Shown one piece after another: positions 53,103-63,283 of a DNA stretch of 64,000 nucleotides. Within the stretch, counting starts at the first letter, position 1, and the number at the start of each line of letters is the position of its first letter. Source of the DNA: Eubacteriales bacterium (GTDB taxonomy: Bacteria; Bacillota; Clostridia; Oscillospirales; QAKW01); contig JAZQJH010000005.1 in assembly GCA_045541555.1 (NCBI GenBank), positions 752 through 64,751 on the forward strand. Direction: 5' to 3'. The position numbers and the translations under genes are program-made. The notes under the pieces are model-generated. The model was not told the DNA's origin, made no database searches, and was given only the letters and a program-made list of their open reading frames with translations.

Positions 53103-54857
53103 TTATGCAGTCTTTTTCTTTTGTACCATATAGATGGCGGTAAGAACGGCTAAGAGCAGGAGCAGGGAAACGCCCAGAATGACGAAGACGTTCTGGATAA
53201 AGCCTGCCATCAGATAACCGACCAAGGAAACGGCGGCGACGGTGAGTGCGTAGGGCAGTTGGGTGGCTACGTGGTTGACGTGGTCACTCTTGGCACCGGC
53301 GGAAGCCATGATGGTGGTATCGGAGATGGGGGAGCAATGGTCACCGCAGACCGCACCGGACAGGCAGGCGGCGATGCAGATGACGACCATGGCAGGGATG
53401 GCGGCGCTATCGGTAACGCCGGCCAACTGACCCTCAAAGACACCGGTAACGATGGGAATCAGGATACCGAAGGTGCCCCAAGAGGTACCGGTGGCAAAGG
53501 AAAGACCGCAAGCCACCAGGAAGAGCAGGGCAGGCAGCAGGATCTGCAGTGCCTTGGCACTCTCTACCAGGGCGGCCACGTAGCCGCTGGCATCCAAAAG
53601 CCCGGTCATGGATTTCAGACCCCAGGCGAAGGTCAGGATCAGGATGGCGGGAACCATCTGCTTGAAGCCCTCGGGGATGGCGGCGGTGCACTCTTTGAAG
53701 GAAAGCACGCGGCGGCACATAAAATAGATCATATTCAAGATCAAAGCGGCGATGGAGCCGACGGCCAGACCATAGGCGGCATCGCAGTTGGCAAAGGAAT
53801 TGATAAAGCTTTCGCCGGAGAAGAAGCCGCCGGTATAGATCATACCTGCTACGCAGAGGATGATGAGGATGGCCACCGGGATGATCAGATCCATGACCTT
53901 GCCGCGGGGATTGGATTTTTCATCCTCTTCGCCGGAGAACTGCTCGCCGCCGGAGGTATAAAGATCGCCGTTCAGGGCGTTCTTCTCAAAACGCTTCATG
54001 GGACCGAAATCCATGCCGGTAAAGGCAATGAAAAGCACCATGGCGATGGTCAGCAGGGCATAGAGGTTAAAGGGGATGGTCTGGATAAAGAGCGCCAGTC
54101 CGTTGACTCCCTCCACGGTGCCGGAAACGGCAGCCGCCCAGGAAGAGATGGGGGCAATAATACAGATGGGGGCGGCGGTGGCGTCGATGAGATAGGCCAG
54201 CTTTGCCCGGGAGATGCGTTGCTTATCGGTGATAGGGCGCATGACGCTGCCGACGGTCAGACAGTTGAAATAGTCGTCCACAAAGATGAGGGCGCCCAGA
54301 CCAAAGGTGGCCAGCTGCGCACCGCGGCGGTTTTTGATCTTGGCGGATGCCCATTCGCCGTAGGCGCGGCTGCCGCCGGCGTGGTTCATCATCACCACAA
54401 TGGCGCCCAGCACTACCAGGAAGATCAGAATGCCGACGTTCCATTCATCTGCCAGGTTGGCGATAAAGCCTTCATGAACCACGGCGTTGAACATGGTTTC
54501 AAAGCTGAAACCGGTCTGGCTGATGGCATAAAGCACACCGCCGGAAAGAATACCAAGGAAGAGAGAGGAATAGACCTCCTTGGTGATCAGCGCCAGTACA
54601 ATGGCGATGATCGGGGGGAGCAGTGCCCAGAAGGTGCCTTCAAAGAGAGAGGAATAGGTTTCTTCGGTCTCTTCTGAGCCTGCCCCCTCGATGGGAGCGT
54701 CTTCAGTCACCGTTGCTTCGGTGAGGGTGGGTTCTGCCGGAGCGGCAGAGTCGTCCAGTGCAGCGGCGGAGCAGGCAAAAATCCCCAGCATCCCGATGAC
54801 CAGGATGAGGGCGAAGAAGCGGCTCAGCAGCGTTCTGTTGTTTGAGATAAAATTCAT
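53103..54857 (-). CDS. NhaC-family transporter (candidate lysine transporter)
   Basis: 584 aa and polytopic. ATG at 54857 with RBS AGGAGGG. It sits directly behind a lysine riboswitch. Confidence 0.75.
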   Translation of the reverse strand: MNFISNNRTLLSRFFALILVIGMLGIFACSAAALDDSAAPAEPTLTEATVTEDAPIEGAGSEETEETYSSLFEGTFWALLPPIIAIVLALITKEVYSSLFLGILSGGVLYAISQTGFSFETMFNAVVHEGFIANLADEWNVGILIFLVVLGAIVVMMNHAGGSRAYGEWASAKIKNRRGAQLATFGLGALIFVDDYFNCLTVGSVMRPITDKQRISRAKLAYLIDATAAPICIIAPISSWAAAVSGTVEGVNGLALFIQTIPFNLYALLTIAMVLFIAFTGMDFGPMKRFEKNALNGDLYTSGGEQFSGEEDEKSNPRGKVMDLIIPVAILIILCVAGMIYTGGFFSGESFINSFANCDAAYGLAVGSIAALILNMIYFMCRRVLSFKECTAAIPEGFKQMVPAILILTFAWGLKSMTGLLDASGYVAALVESAKALQILLPALLFLVACGLSFATGTSWGTFGILIPIVTGVFEGQLAGVTDSAAIPAMVVICIAACLSGAVCGDHCSPISDTTIMASAGAKSDHVNHVATQLPYALTVAAVSLVGYLMAGFIQNVFVILGVSLLLLLAVLTAIYMVQKKKTA

Positions 54858-54884
54858 CTTTATCCCTCCTATAAAAAATAATAC

Positions 54885-55122
54885 AAAAAAACAGCCCGTA
54901 AAGAACGTGGAATACATTCTTTACGGGCTATTATCATAGTCTTGTAAAAAAGATGGCACTCCACAAATCCTGTGACAGTCCGGCGCATATTCTGCGGCGA
55001 CCCAGCAACCAAATTCCGGGGGTCTGGAACCTGGAAACTTCGGCGGTAGTGCCTTTCACCGGTGCTCCTTTTAAACCCATTGAGTACCGTTACTGATCAA
55101 TACCGCGCCTCCATCGGCTATT
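54885..55122 (-). promoter_or_regulatory. lysine riboswitch (L-box) with intrinsic terminator
   Basis: Minus-strand motifs in order are GAGGCGC, AGTAA, GGTGAAAGG, CGCCGAAG, GCTGGG, CTGTCA and GTGGAGTGC. The terminator is AGCCCGTAAAGAA..TTCTTTACGGGCT plus T7. The promoter is TTGACA / 18 nt / TACTAT. Confidence 0.8.
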
Positions 55123-55183
55123 CAATTTGCAAAAATAGTAGCATAGGATGAGGGGTATTGTCAAGCAAAAAAATAAAAAAACA

Positions 55184-55816
55184 TCAAATTTCGCTTTGAA
55201 ATGCCACCGCTTTTCCCAGGATGCGGATCTGCTCCAGCTCTGCTCCGCTATAGAGAAGCGGCGGATAATGGGGGTTTTCCGCATTGAGAGAGAGCAGCTG
55301 CTTTTCGGGATCGTAATAAACTCTTTTGAGGGTGGCGGTGTCCTCCACGATGACTGCTGCGATGGTGCCATTTTCAACCGTCTCCTGCCGGCGGATAAAG
55401 ACCAGGTCTCCATCCTTGATTCGGGCACCGATCATACTGTCGCCCTTGGCGCGGAGGCAAAAATCCGCCCGTATGCCGGGGGATAATTGAGCATAATTTC
55501 CATATTCTTCGTTGGCGAAAATAGGCTGACCGCAGGCGATCTCGCCCAATACCGGCACCTGCCGATTTTTAGAGGGAGAATGGTTGAGCGAGAGCCATTC
55601 TTCTTTATTCTTATAAGGGGATTTCCCCAATAAATAATCGGTATCGACTTCAAAAAGCTCCGCCATCGCCGTCACGGTGCCAAAGCCCGGCTCCCGTTCG
55701 CCCCGTTCATACATATTAATACTACTCTTGGAAATACCCAAGAGCTCGGAAAGTCTTTGCTGGGAAAGCTTTTGCTCCTGCCGCAAGGCACGCAAGCGTT
55801 GATAAAATTCTGCCAT
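55184..55816 (-). CDS. LexA/CI-like repressor (XRE HTH + S24 peptidase)
   Basis: The HTH is KLSQQRLSELLGISKSSINMYERG. The S24 motifs are AKGDSM (Ser) and ATLKRV (Lys). Confidence 0.75.
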   Translation of the reverse strand: MAEFYQRLRALRQEQKLSQQRLSELLGISKSSINMYERGEREPGFGTVTAMAELFEVDTDYLLGKSPYKNKEEWLSLNHSPSKNRQVPVLGEIACGQPIFANEEYGNYAQLSPGIRADFCLRAKGDSMIGARIKDGDLVFIRRQETVENGTIAAVIVEDTATLKRVYYDPEKQLLSLNAENPHYPPLLYSGAELEQIRILGKAVAFQSEI

Positions 55817-56227
55817 ATGATCACTCCTTGTATCTATAGTATACTATGAGTGTTCAAAAGTCAAGAGTTTTTGAAAAATATCTTGACAAATGAGCACTAA
55901 TTGTGTATAATGATGCCACAAGACACCTGAATGATGAAGAAAGGATGGTTTCTGCTGTTCTGCAGATTGCTGCTTCCTGCAGAAAAAGGATTTTTAAATC
56001 AGCCGCCGAAGACCCGTTTCCTTCTCCGGTTGCGGGCTGATGGGCAGAAAAATATTTTTTTGATCATAAGACATCTTTCGACTGCTTATGAGAAAATAAT
56101 TTGCTATCATTTGGGTGAATGGGGCGAAAGTAAGGCGACAAGCACGGAAATATCCCGCTTTGAGGCAGATTTGGATTACTCTTGTCACCTTAAGTGTCCC
56201 GGCGCAGAATTGAGGAGGAATTTTTAA

Positions 56228-57007
56228 ATGAAAGAATTGTACGAGAAGATGACGATGGTCTTGCTCCAGGCCGATGAGGAGATGGCCCGTCAAAACCGGG
56301 AGCATTTTTCGGAATTGGGCATGGAGGTGCTGGGGGTATGCGCCAGCGGTCTGGATGCAGTACGGGTGATCACCGATCAGCAGCCGGACGTGGTACTGAT
56401 GGATAGCTTTCTGCCGGGGCGGAGCAGTTATGATATTATTGAGGCGTTGCACGAGGTGGGGTATCGGAAGAATACGGTGCTCGCCGTCCTTTCCCGGGTG
56501 CCCAACGACCGCCTGGCGCAACAGGTGATGGAGGCCGGCGGCGATCTCTTTTTATTAATGCCCTTGGACTATCAATTCGTCCGGGATCGTTTTTCTGCCA
56601 TACTGGATAAGAAAAAGGAAGGGGCGCAAGGGCAGCCGGATGATGGAAAGATCGAATTGGAGCGGTATGTGGCAGACCTGATGCATGAGGTGGGGGTCCC
56701 GGCGCATATCCGGGGGTATGATTATATTCGGGATTCCATTATGCTTTCTTTGGAGGATCGGAATATGCTCAAGGCCATTACCAAAGAGCTTTATCCCACT
56801 GTGGCAAAAAATAATAAAACCACGGCCTCACGGGTCGAGCGTGCCATCCGCCACGCCATCGAGGTGGCTTGGGGTCGTGGAGATATTGATACCTTAAATG
56901 CCATCTTCGGTTTTACGGTCAAAAGCTCCAAGGGTAAACCTACCAACGGAGAATTTATTTCAATGCTGACCGAGCGGATCCGCCTGGATCGAAAAATCGC
57001 AGTATAA
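56228..57007 (+). CDS. spo0A: sporulation master regulator Spo0A
   Basis: The C-terminal signature is TASRVERAIRHAIEVAW..GKPTNGEFI. The receiver domain carries DVVLMD. Confidence 0.85.
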   Translation: MKELYEKMTMVLLQADEEMARQNREHFSELGMEVLGVCASGLDAVRVITDQQPDVVLMDSFLPGRSSYDIIEALHEVGYRKNTVLAVLSRVPNDRLAQQVMEAGGDLFLLMPLDYQFVRDRFSAILDKKKEGAQGQPDDGKIELERYVADLMHEVGVPAHIRGYDYIRDSIMLSLEDRNMLKAITKELYPTVAKNNKTTASRVERAIRHAIEVAWGRGDIDTLNAIFGFTVKSSKGKPTNGEFISMLTERIRLDRKIAV

Positions 57008-57047
57008 AAGAAAAAACGGTTCGGAAACGAACCGTTTTTCTTTTCAG

Positions 57048-58358
57048 TTAGATCTTTGCTTTGTGCTCGCGGATCATATCCTTGGCAACGCCCTGCAGGG
57101 TGGGAGGGGTGATCTCGGTGAAGTTGGTCGTCCGGGCTTCGTAGCCGCCTTCGTTAAAGGCGGAAAGACTGGGCAGATAGCCCTGGGCGCCGTTGCCGTT
57201 ACAGGCGGTCAGAATAAAGAGATCTGGCTCTGCTTCCCGCAGGACGTCGGCGTACTCGGTGAAGGGCTCACCGCCGTAACCAATCACGGCGATCTTACCG
57301 AAGGCTACCATGGATACGGGGATCTTTTGCAAAACATGGAGAGTTTCCATGCGGGAGATCCGGCGGATCTCGCCGGGGATCAGATCCAGATTTTCCGGCA
57401 AGGGCAGATCCTGCTGATAGAGCTCCAGCAGTTTTTTACATTCTTCCACACGCTCGACTCCCTTGGTATTAGAAGGAATGCTGATCATTTTAACGTTGGC
57501 GCTGAGGGTATGGACCTCGGTTTCTTCGGTCTTGTCCCAAAGCTCGGTCACCACATCGGTAATCAGCTGACCCATCTTCCGGCTATGGGCGTATTTGCCG
57601 TCAAAATCGTCATCCGCAAATCGAGGTTTATTGGGATCGAAGTGGTTGGTATCGCCCTGGCATCCGTTGACCAGGATGCAGGAAACGTCGGGGAGCGCTT
57701 CCTCGGTCAGACGGCGTACCCAGCCGGGCCAGTCGGCAGAAAACTTGGTGCCGCCAATGACGTCGGGATGGGTGGCGAAGCCGACCAGAGCAATATCCTT
57801 TGCGCCTTCACGCTCGATCTTGACCAGACGGACGGTATTATCGGCATTTCCCAGGGGATGCAGAATGTCGTTATTGCAGGGCATGGGATTGGTCTGACAG
57901 CTGCCGTCCTTCATGCGGTAACGGCGGATAAAGGAGATGGGCTCTGCCGTCTCTTTCTGCGCCACGGAGATCCTGGCTTCCTTGCGGTCTGCCAATGCCA
58001 TGTTTACCACGTCTACGTATTTTCTCTCCAGCATCTTATTGTAGAACTCGTCGGTCACCGCCAGGAAAGCGTTGCCTGGGGTGGTGGAGGTGTGCTGATG
58101 GATGGCCTGCATCAGAATACGGTCGGCAGGGATGCCGCACTCTTTTTCGATCAGCGCACGGATGGGCGTGACGGCAGGCTCGGTCATATACATAAAGTCC
58201 CCGGTGATAATGACGGCGGTCTCCTCTCCCTCGGTCAGAGCGATGGCATTCAACTGGATGGGATCCAGGACGCCGTCGGAGATCCGGAGGGTATAATAGC
58301 CGGTCAGGGGGGTTCCCAGCTGGGGTGTTACGTCAATTCTTGAAAATCCTACTTGCAT
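57048..58358 (-). CDS. hypothetical hydrolase (neutral-ceramidase-N-terminal-like family)
   Basis: 436 aa. The start VGFSRIDVTPQLGTPLTGY resembles that family as I recall it. This assignment is weak. Confidence 0.3.
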   Translation of the reverse strand: MQVGFSRIDVTPQLGTPLTGYYTLRISDGVLDPIQLNAIALTEGEETAVIITGDFMYMTEPAVTPIRALIEKECGIPADRILMQAIHQHTSTTPGNAFLAVTDEFYNKMLERKYVDVVNMALADRKEARISVAQKETAEPISFIRRYRMKDGSCQTNPMPCNNDILHPLGNADNTVRLVKIEREGAKDIALVGFATHPDVIGGTKFSADWPGWVRRLTEEALPDVSCILVNGCQGDTNHFDPNKPRFADDDFDGKYAHSRKMGQLITDVVTELWDKTEETEVHTLSANVKMISIPSNTKGVERVEECKKLLELYQQDLPLPENLDLIPGEIRRISRMETLHVLQKIPVSMVAFGKIAVIGYGGEPFTEYADVLREAEPDLFILTACNGNGAQGYLPSLSAFNEGGYEARTTNFTEITPPTLQGVAKDMIREHKAKI

Positions 58359-58360
58359 GG

Positions 58361-60145
58361 TTATTCTCCTTTTTCTTCCATTTGTGCGGTATAAAGACTA
58401 TAGTAAAGCCCTTGTTTTTCCAATAATTCTTCGTGAGTGCCCTCTTCCTGGATGCCCTTATCGGCAATATACAGGATCTTATCGCATCCGGCAATGGTGG
58501 AAAGACGGTGAGCGATGATAAAGGAGGTGCGCCCTTTCAAAAGGTTGGCGATGCCTTCCTGCACCAGTTTTTCCGTCTCGGTGTCGATGGAGGAGGTGGC
58601 CTCGTCCAAAATCAAAATTCTCGGATCGGAAAGCACCGTCCGGGCAAAGCAGATCAGCTGACGCTGACCGGAAGAGAGGGTGGAGCCCTTTTCGTTGACC
58701 TCGGTATCGTAGCCGTTTTCGGTGTTCATGATGAAGTCATGGGCGCAGACCGTCTTGGCGGCGGCAATGATCTCCTCATCGGTGGCGTCCAGCTTGCCGT
58801 AGCGGATGTTATCCCGGATGGTGCCGGTGAAGATAAAGCTATCCTGCAGCATGATGCCCATCTGGCTCCGAAGCGAATGGAGGGTGGCGTGGCGGATATC
58901 GTGTCCGTCCAGCTTGATCTTGCCGCCTTGAATATCATAGAAGCGGCAAAGGATATTGACGATGGTACTCTTGCCGGCACCGGTGGGTCCTACCAGGGCA
59001 ATGCTCTGACCGGGCTTGGCATGGAGATTGATATGCTCCAGAATGTTGATGCCCTCTTCATAGGCGAAGGTGACGTCTTCATAGTCCACTCGCCCGGTGA
59101 TCTGCGGCAGATCTTTGGCGTCCGGCTCGTCTTTAATATCGATCTTTTCGTCTAAGGTATCAAAGATCCGCTCCAGATAAGAGCCGGTATTGACCAATTG
59201 ATTATAAATATCGGCGATAGATTGGATGGGACCCCAGAACCGGTTGGCATAGGCCGCCATGGCGATGATGACGCCGGGAGCGTACTGCTCCTCGGTAAAG
59301 AGCATGATCGCCGCGAAATAAAGGAAGCAGACGACGATCCGCATGATGTTGCCGATGAGCAGGGTCATGATGAAATTAATGGACGAGGCTTTATATTGCG
59401 CTTTATTGAGCTTATCCACTAATTCTGCATAGATGCCCCGGTTGACCTTTTCCCGGTTGAAGGCCTGGGTGATCTGCATACCGCTGATGGATTCGCTGAC
59501 GTAGGCGGTGGCGTTGGAATTTTTGGCACTCCAATCCGTCCAGGCCTTACGCTGGCGTTTTTTGATCAGTACCAGGTACAAAACGACAAAGGGAAGTCCG
59601 GCCAGGACGCAGAGGGTCAGTTTGGGACTGAGGCTCAGCATGAAGAAGAGGATCAGCACCACCGTCAGTCCTTGGACGACGATATTGACCAAGCCGCCGG
59701 ACAAAAAGTCCGAAACACTATTGACGTAGTTGACCACCCGCACCAGGATCTTGCCCCGGGGACGGCTGTCAAAGTAGTTGAAGGAAAGCTTTTGAATATG
59801 AGAAAAGATGTCGGCGCGGATCTCGTGGATGATCTGATGGCCGGCCTTGCGGGTGAAGATGGTCTGGACAAAGGTGAAGACCTCCGCCAGTACCAGGGTC
59901 AGGAAATAGAGAAGCGCCACGATGACGACGCCCCGAACGTTTTTATCGGGGATGAGATCGTCGATGATGATCTGGGTATAGGTGGGACCCAAAAGTCCGA
60001 AAACGGTGGTGAGGATGCTGCAGATCAAGGCACCGATCAAGGGCTTGACGTTGCGCTTAATGTAGGGACCGCACCGCAAGAAGTTTTTGATATTAAAAGG
60101 GGTCTCAAGGCTTTCGTCCACCCCGTAAGTATTGCGTTTAGCCAT
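58361..60145 (-). CDS. ABC exporter, fused permease/ATPase
   Basis: GPTGAGKST, LSSGQRQL and LILDEATSSID. The ATG at 60145 overlaps the upstream stop by 8 nt. Confidence 0.85.
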   Translation of the reverse strand: MAKRNTYGVDESLETPFNIKNFLRCGPYIKRNVKPLIGALICSILTTVFGLLGPTYTQIIIDDLIPDKNVRGVVIVALLYFLTLVLAEVFTFVQTIFTRKAGHQIIHEIRADIFSHIQKLSFNYFDSRPRGKILVRVVNYVNSVSDFLSGGLVNIVVQGLTVVLILFFMLSLSPKLTLCVLAGLPFVVLYLVLIKKRQRKAWTDWSAKNSNATAYVSESISGMQITQAFNREKVNRGIYAELVDKLNKAQYKASSINFIMTLLIGNIMRIVVCFLYFAAIMLFTEEQYAPGVIIAMAAYANRFWGPIQSIADIYNQLVNTGSYLERIFDTLDEKIDIKDEPDAKDLPQITGRVDYEDVTFAYEEGINILEHINLHAKPGQSIALVGPTGAGKSTIVNILCRFYDIQGGKIKLDGHDIRHATLHSLRSQMGIMLQDSFIFTGTIRDNIRYGKLDATDEEIIAAAKTVCAHDFIMNTENGYDTEVNEKGSTLSSGQRQLICFARTVLSDPRILILDEATSSIDTETEKLVQEGIANLLKGRTSFIIAHRLSTIAGCDKILYIADKGIQEEGTHEELLEKQGLYYSLYTAQMEEKGE

Positions 60146-61925
60146 GGATCTCCACCTCCTCATCCTGATGGGCGATGCGGTAGATCTCCGCATAATAGCC
60201 ATCCTTTTCCAAGAGCTCTTCATGCTTGCCGCGTTCGGTGATCTTACCCTCCTGGAGGATAATGATCTCGTCGGCGTCCATGACGGAGGTGATGCGCTGA
60301 GCGACGATGACCTTGGCTTTATTGGTGATCTTACGCAGCTCCTGCAGGATGCTGACCTCGGTTTCCATATCCACCGCCGAGGTGGTATCGTCCAGAATGA
60401 TGACCGAGGAGTCCTTTGCCACTGCCCGCGCTAAGGCGATCCGCTGACGCTGACCGCCGGAGAGGCCGATGCCGCGCTCGCCGATGATGGTATCGTAGCC
60501 GTCGGTGAGTTTTTCGATGAAGTCCGCCGCCTGGGCAGTTTCTGCCATCTGGCGTACCACCTCCATCGGCATATCGGGATTGGAATAGGCAATATTACTG
60601 TCGATGGTATCGGAGAAGAGGAAAACGTCCTGGGTGGCAATGGCGATCTCTTTGCGGAGCCGTTGCAGGTCGATGTTGCGAATATCCACGCCGTTGATCA
60701 GGATGGTGCCCTCGGTGGGGTCATAAAGCCGGATCAGGAGCGAGATCAGAATGGTCTTACCGGCACCGGTGGGACCCATAATAGCCAGCGTTTTGCCGGC
60801 GGTTAATTTGAGGTTGATATGATCCAGGATCCGCTGACCGCCCAGATCCAGCGAAACGTTGCGGAATTCAATGGTACGGATGCGGCCGTGCTTGCTTTGG
60901 AGATGGTCGCTGTTTTTGACCTCGGGATCGGTGTTGTAAAGATCGCAGATCTTTTGCGCCGAAACCAGCATCTGCTGGGTGGTATTGATCAGGTTGGTGA
61001 CGGAGCGAACCGGCTCCTGCAGGTTAAAGACAAAGGTATTAAAGACCGTCAGCATACCGATGGTCATTTCCCCGCGGATGACAAAGATCGCCGCCAGGCA
61101 AAGACCGAAAACCGACATCAATCGGCTGACAAGATGGGAAGGGGTAGAGATGGTCAATCGCCGCTTGGCGTTATCCACGGCGATATCCCGGTATTCCGCG
61201 CTGATCTTGTTCATCCGTTCGTTTTCGTAGTCTTCCCGAGCAAAGGCCTTGACCACGCGATAGGCACCTAAGTTTTCATTGACGTAGGTGTTCATTTCGC
61301 TGACCTTATTCCGCGTCCGTTTATGAAGGGAACGGGTATAGCGGAAGACGACAAAGCTCAAGATGGCAATGATCGGCAAAAAGGCGGTGAGGATCAAGGT
61401 CAGGGTGGTGTTGTAATAAAAGAGCATCACCAGGGAAAAAACAAAGAGTGAGATGTTACGCATCCAGTTATAGCAGTCGCTGCTGATCAGGTTTTTGATG
61501 TGAACGACGTCGGAGGTCAGGTTGGCGATCAGCTCGCCGCTGGGGGTATGGGCGTAGAAATCGGCGGAAAGCTCCTGAAGCTTTTCATAGAGCTTGACCC
61601 GGATCCGCCCGGAGGTGACGTTGGAGATATGGAGCAGACCCAGGTGGACAAAGTGGCGCACCACCGTAAAGAATACGGTGATCAAAATGCTGGCTAAGGT
61701 ATAGCGGATCAGCATTTCCGCCTTGCCCATGCCCGGCAGAATGCCTAAAGCGTGCTCCACCCAGGTGATCTCCGTCGAGGTGTCCAGCACGTGGTCCACC
61801 AGGTTCCCGATGATGATGGTCGGAAAGAGGGACAGGATGGTGACCACCACTGTCAAAAAGAGTAAAATAAAAAAGAAGGTCTTTTTTCCGTGCATATTGG
61901 AAAAGATGAATTGGATGGGTTTCAT
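60138..61925 (-). CDS. ABC exporter, fused permease/ATPase
   Basis: GPTGAGKT, LSGGQRQR and IILDDTTSAVD. Confidence 0.85.
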   Translation of the reverse strand: MKPIQFIFSNMHGKKTFFFILLFLTVVVTILSLFPTIIIGNLVDHVLDTSTEITWVEHALGILPGMGKAEMLIRYTLASILITVFFTVVRHFVHLGLLHISNVTSGRIRVKLYEKLQELSADFYAHTPSGELIANLTSDVVHIKNLISSDCYNWMRNISLFVFSLVMLFYYNTTLTLILTAFLPIIAILSFVVFRYTRSLHKRTRNKVSEMNTYVNENLGAYRVVKAFAREDYENERMNKISAEYRDIAVDNAKRRLTISTPSHLVSRLMSVFGLCLAAIFVIRGEMTIGMLTVFNTFVFNLQEPVRSVTNLINTTQQMLVSAQKICDLYNTDPEVKNSDHLQSKHGRIRTIEFRNVSLDLGGQRILDHINLKLTAGKTLAIMGPTGAGKTILISLLIRLYDPTEGTILINGVDIRNIDLQRLRKEIAIATQDVFLFSDTIDSNIAYSNPDMPMEVVRQMAETAQAADFIEKLTDGYDTIIGERGIGLSGGQRQRIALARAVAKDSSVIILDDTTSAVDMETEVSILQELRKITNKAKVIVAQRITSVMDADEIIILQEGKITERGKHEELLEKDGYYAEIYRIAHQDEEVEIHG

Positions 61926-62260
61926 AATTGAAAATGCAGGCGCACGGTGCTTCCCCGGCAGGAAAGCACGGCTCGTTCCTCAGTCCAAGCGGCGCCTCTT
62001 TTTTAAAAGCAGGACTGAGAAAACCCCTTTGCCAATCGCAGAAAATAATATTTCTGCCTTTCATCTTATCACATCGGAAAGACCTCCCCTATGTGTCATT
62101 TTCACCGCTAATTATATTAAAAAATATAGATTTTGCAACCCTTTTTAAGGATTTTTTTGAAAAAAATTTAATAAGAAGGAATTTTAATGGCAGATGCTTT
62201 ACAAAATCTATTTTGTATTATATAATAATTCAGTTAGAAGACGAATGGAGGAGGGAGTTT

Positions 62261-63283
62261 ATGATCTCAGCAAGGGAATATTTTGCAGGTATTTATCATG
62301 AGATACCCAAGGCCATTCTGGTATACGATGAATTGATGCAGGTCGTTTACTGCACGCCGAAAGCCCAGCCGTTTGTATTGCCGGATGCGTTGCGTCGGGC
62401 GGCGGAAGATTGCCGCAAGGAATTGCAAGGCACCGCGCTTTCTCTGCAACTGGACGGGGCGGAAAAGAGCGTTTATCTGACGCCGACGGTGTACGACGGC
62501 AAGACTTATATCGTCGCAGAGCTTGAGGCGGTGCCGGAATATCCCGAACTGCCGGAGCTGATCCGGGTGGTGCGGAATACCCGGGAAAAGCTGGCTGCCT
62601 ACCTCAATGGGCTTTATAGCGTGGCGCAGCGGATCGGGCTTTCCACGCCCAATGGAAAAGAGCTTGGGGAGGACGTGCGCCGGATCATGCGGTTGGCGGA
62701 GCATCTGGATCGCTTGGTGGACGGAGGGCAGCGGATCATCTATCGCGTCCCGATGGATATTGGGCGGTTTGCCGCTGAATATGCAAGAAGTCTGAACGAT
62801 CTGGAGATGGATAAAACTATTTTGACAGCGCCTTATGAGTCGGGCATGATCGCCCGGATCATGCCGGAGGATCTGGAGCTGGTGCTGGCCAATCTGATCA
62901 GTAACGCCTTTCGTTTCGGCGCAAAGCGGGTGACGATCCGTACTGCCCGGATGGAGGATAAAATCCGGCTTACGGTGGCGGATAACGGCCCGGGAATCGC
63001 AGATCCCGAGCGCCTCTTTGAATGGGGCTACCGTACCACCGACTATAAAGGCGTTCAGGGCTTGGGCTTCGGTCTGCCCATGGCGAAGCGTGTCCTGGAA
63101 GAGCAGGATGCAGAACTGCTTTATGAGCGAGTAGAGGGTCAGACCTGCTTCCACATTGACTTTCAGTCCATCGATTTTCCGGAAGGCGGACGGCTGGCTG
63201 AGTGGAAGCCGGAGCCTTTGGAAAACAGTCTTTCTCAGATCCGCGTGGAGATGAGTGATTATATGAAGGAGATGGAGATATGA
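62261..63283 (+). CDS. soluble histidine-kinase-like protein (HATPase_c domain, no TM, H-box not evident)
   Basis: N-box [15 protein letters not shown]1 VADNGPGI and G2 [16 protein letters not shown] at 62261 with RBS GGAGGAGGGAG. Confidence 0.6.
   Translation: MISAREYFAGIYHEIPKAILVYDELMQVVYCTPKAQPFVLPDALRRAAEDCRKELQGTALSLQLDGAEKSVYLTPTVYDGKTYIVAELEAVPEYPELPELIRVVRNTREKLAAYLNGLYSVAQRIGLSTPNGKELGEDVRRIMRLAEHLDRLVDGGQRIIYRVPMDIGRFAAEYARSLNDLEMDKTILTAPYESGMIARIMPEDLELVLANLISNAFRFGAKRVTIRTARMEDKIRLTVADNGPGIADPERLFEWGYRTTDYKGVQGLGFGLPMAKRVLEEQDAELLYERVEGQTCFHIDFQSIDFPEGGRLAEWKPEPLENSLSQIRVEMSDYMKEMEI

Noticed and set aside
55931-56227. A 98-aa ORF in the ~315-nt region between a strong promoter (TTGACA / 17 nt / TATAAT, 55883-55912) and spo0A.
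   Set aside because: It has no RBS and an odd composition, and it is probably part of the spo0A leader. I looked for sigma-H and 0A boxes but found only weak matches that are not worth calling.
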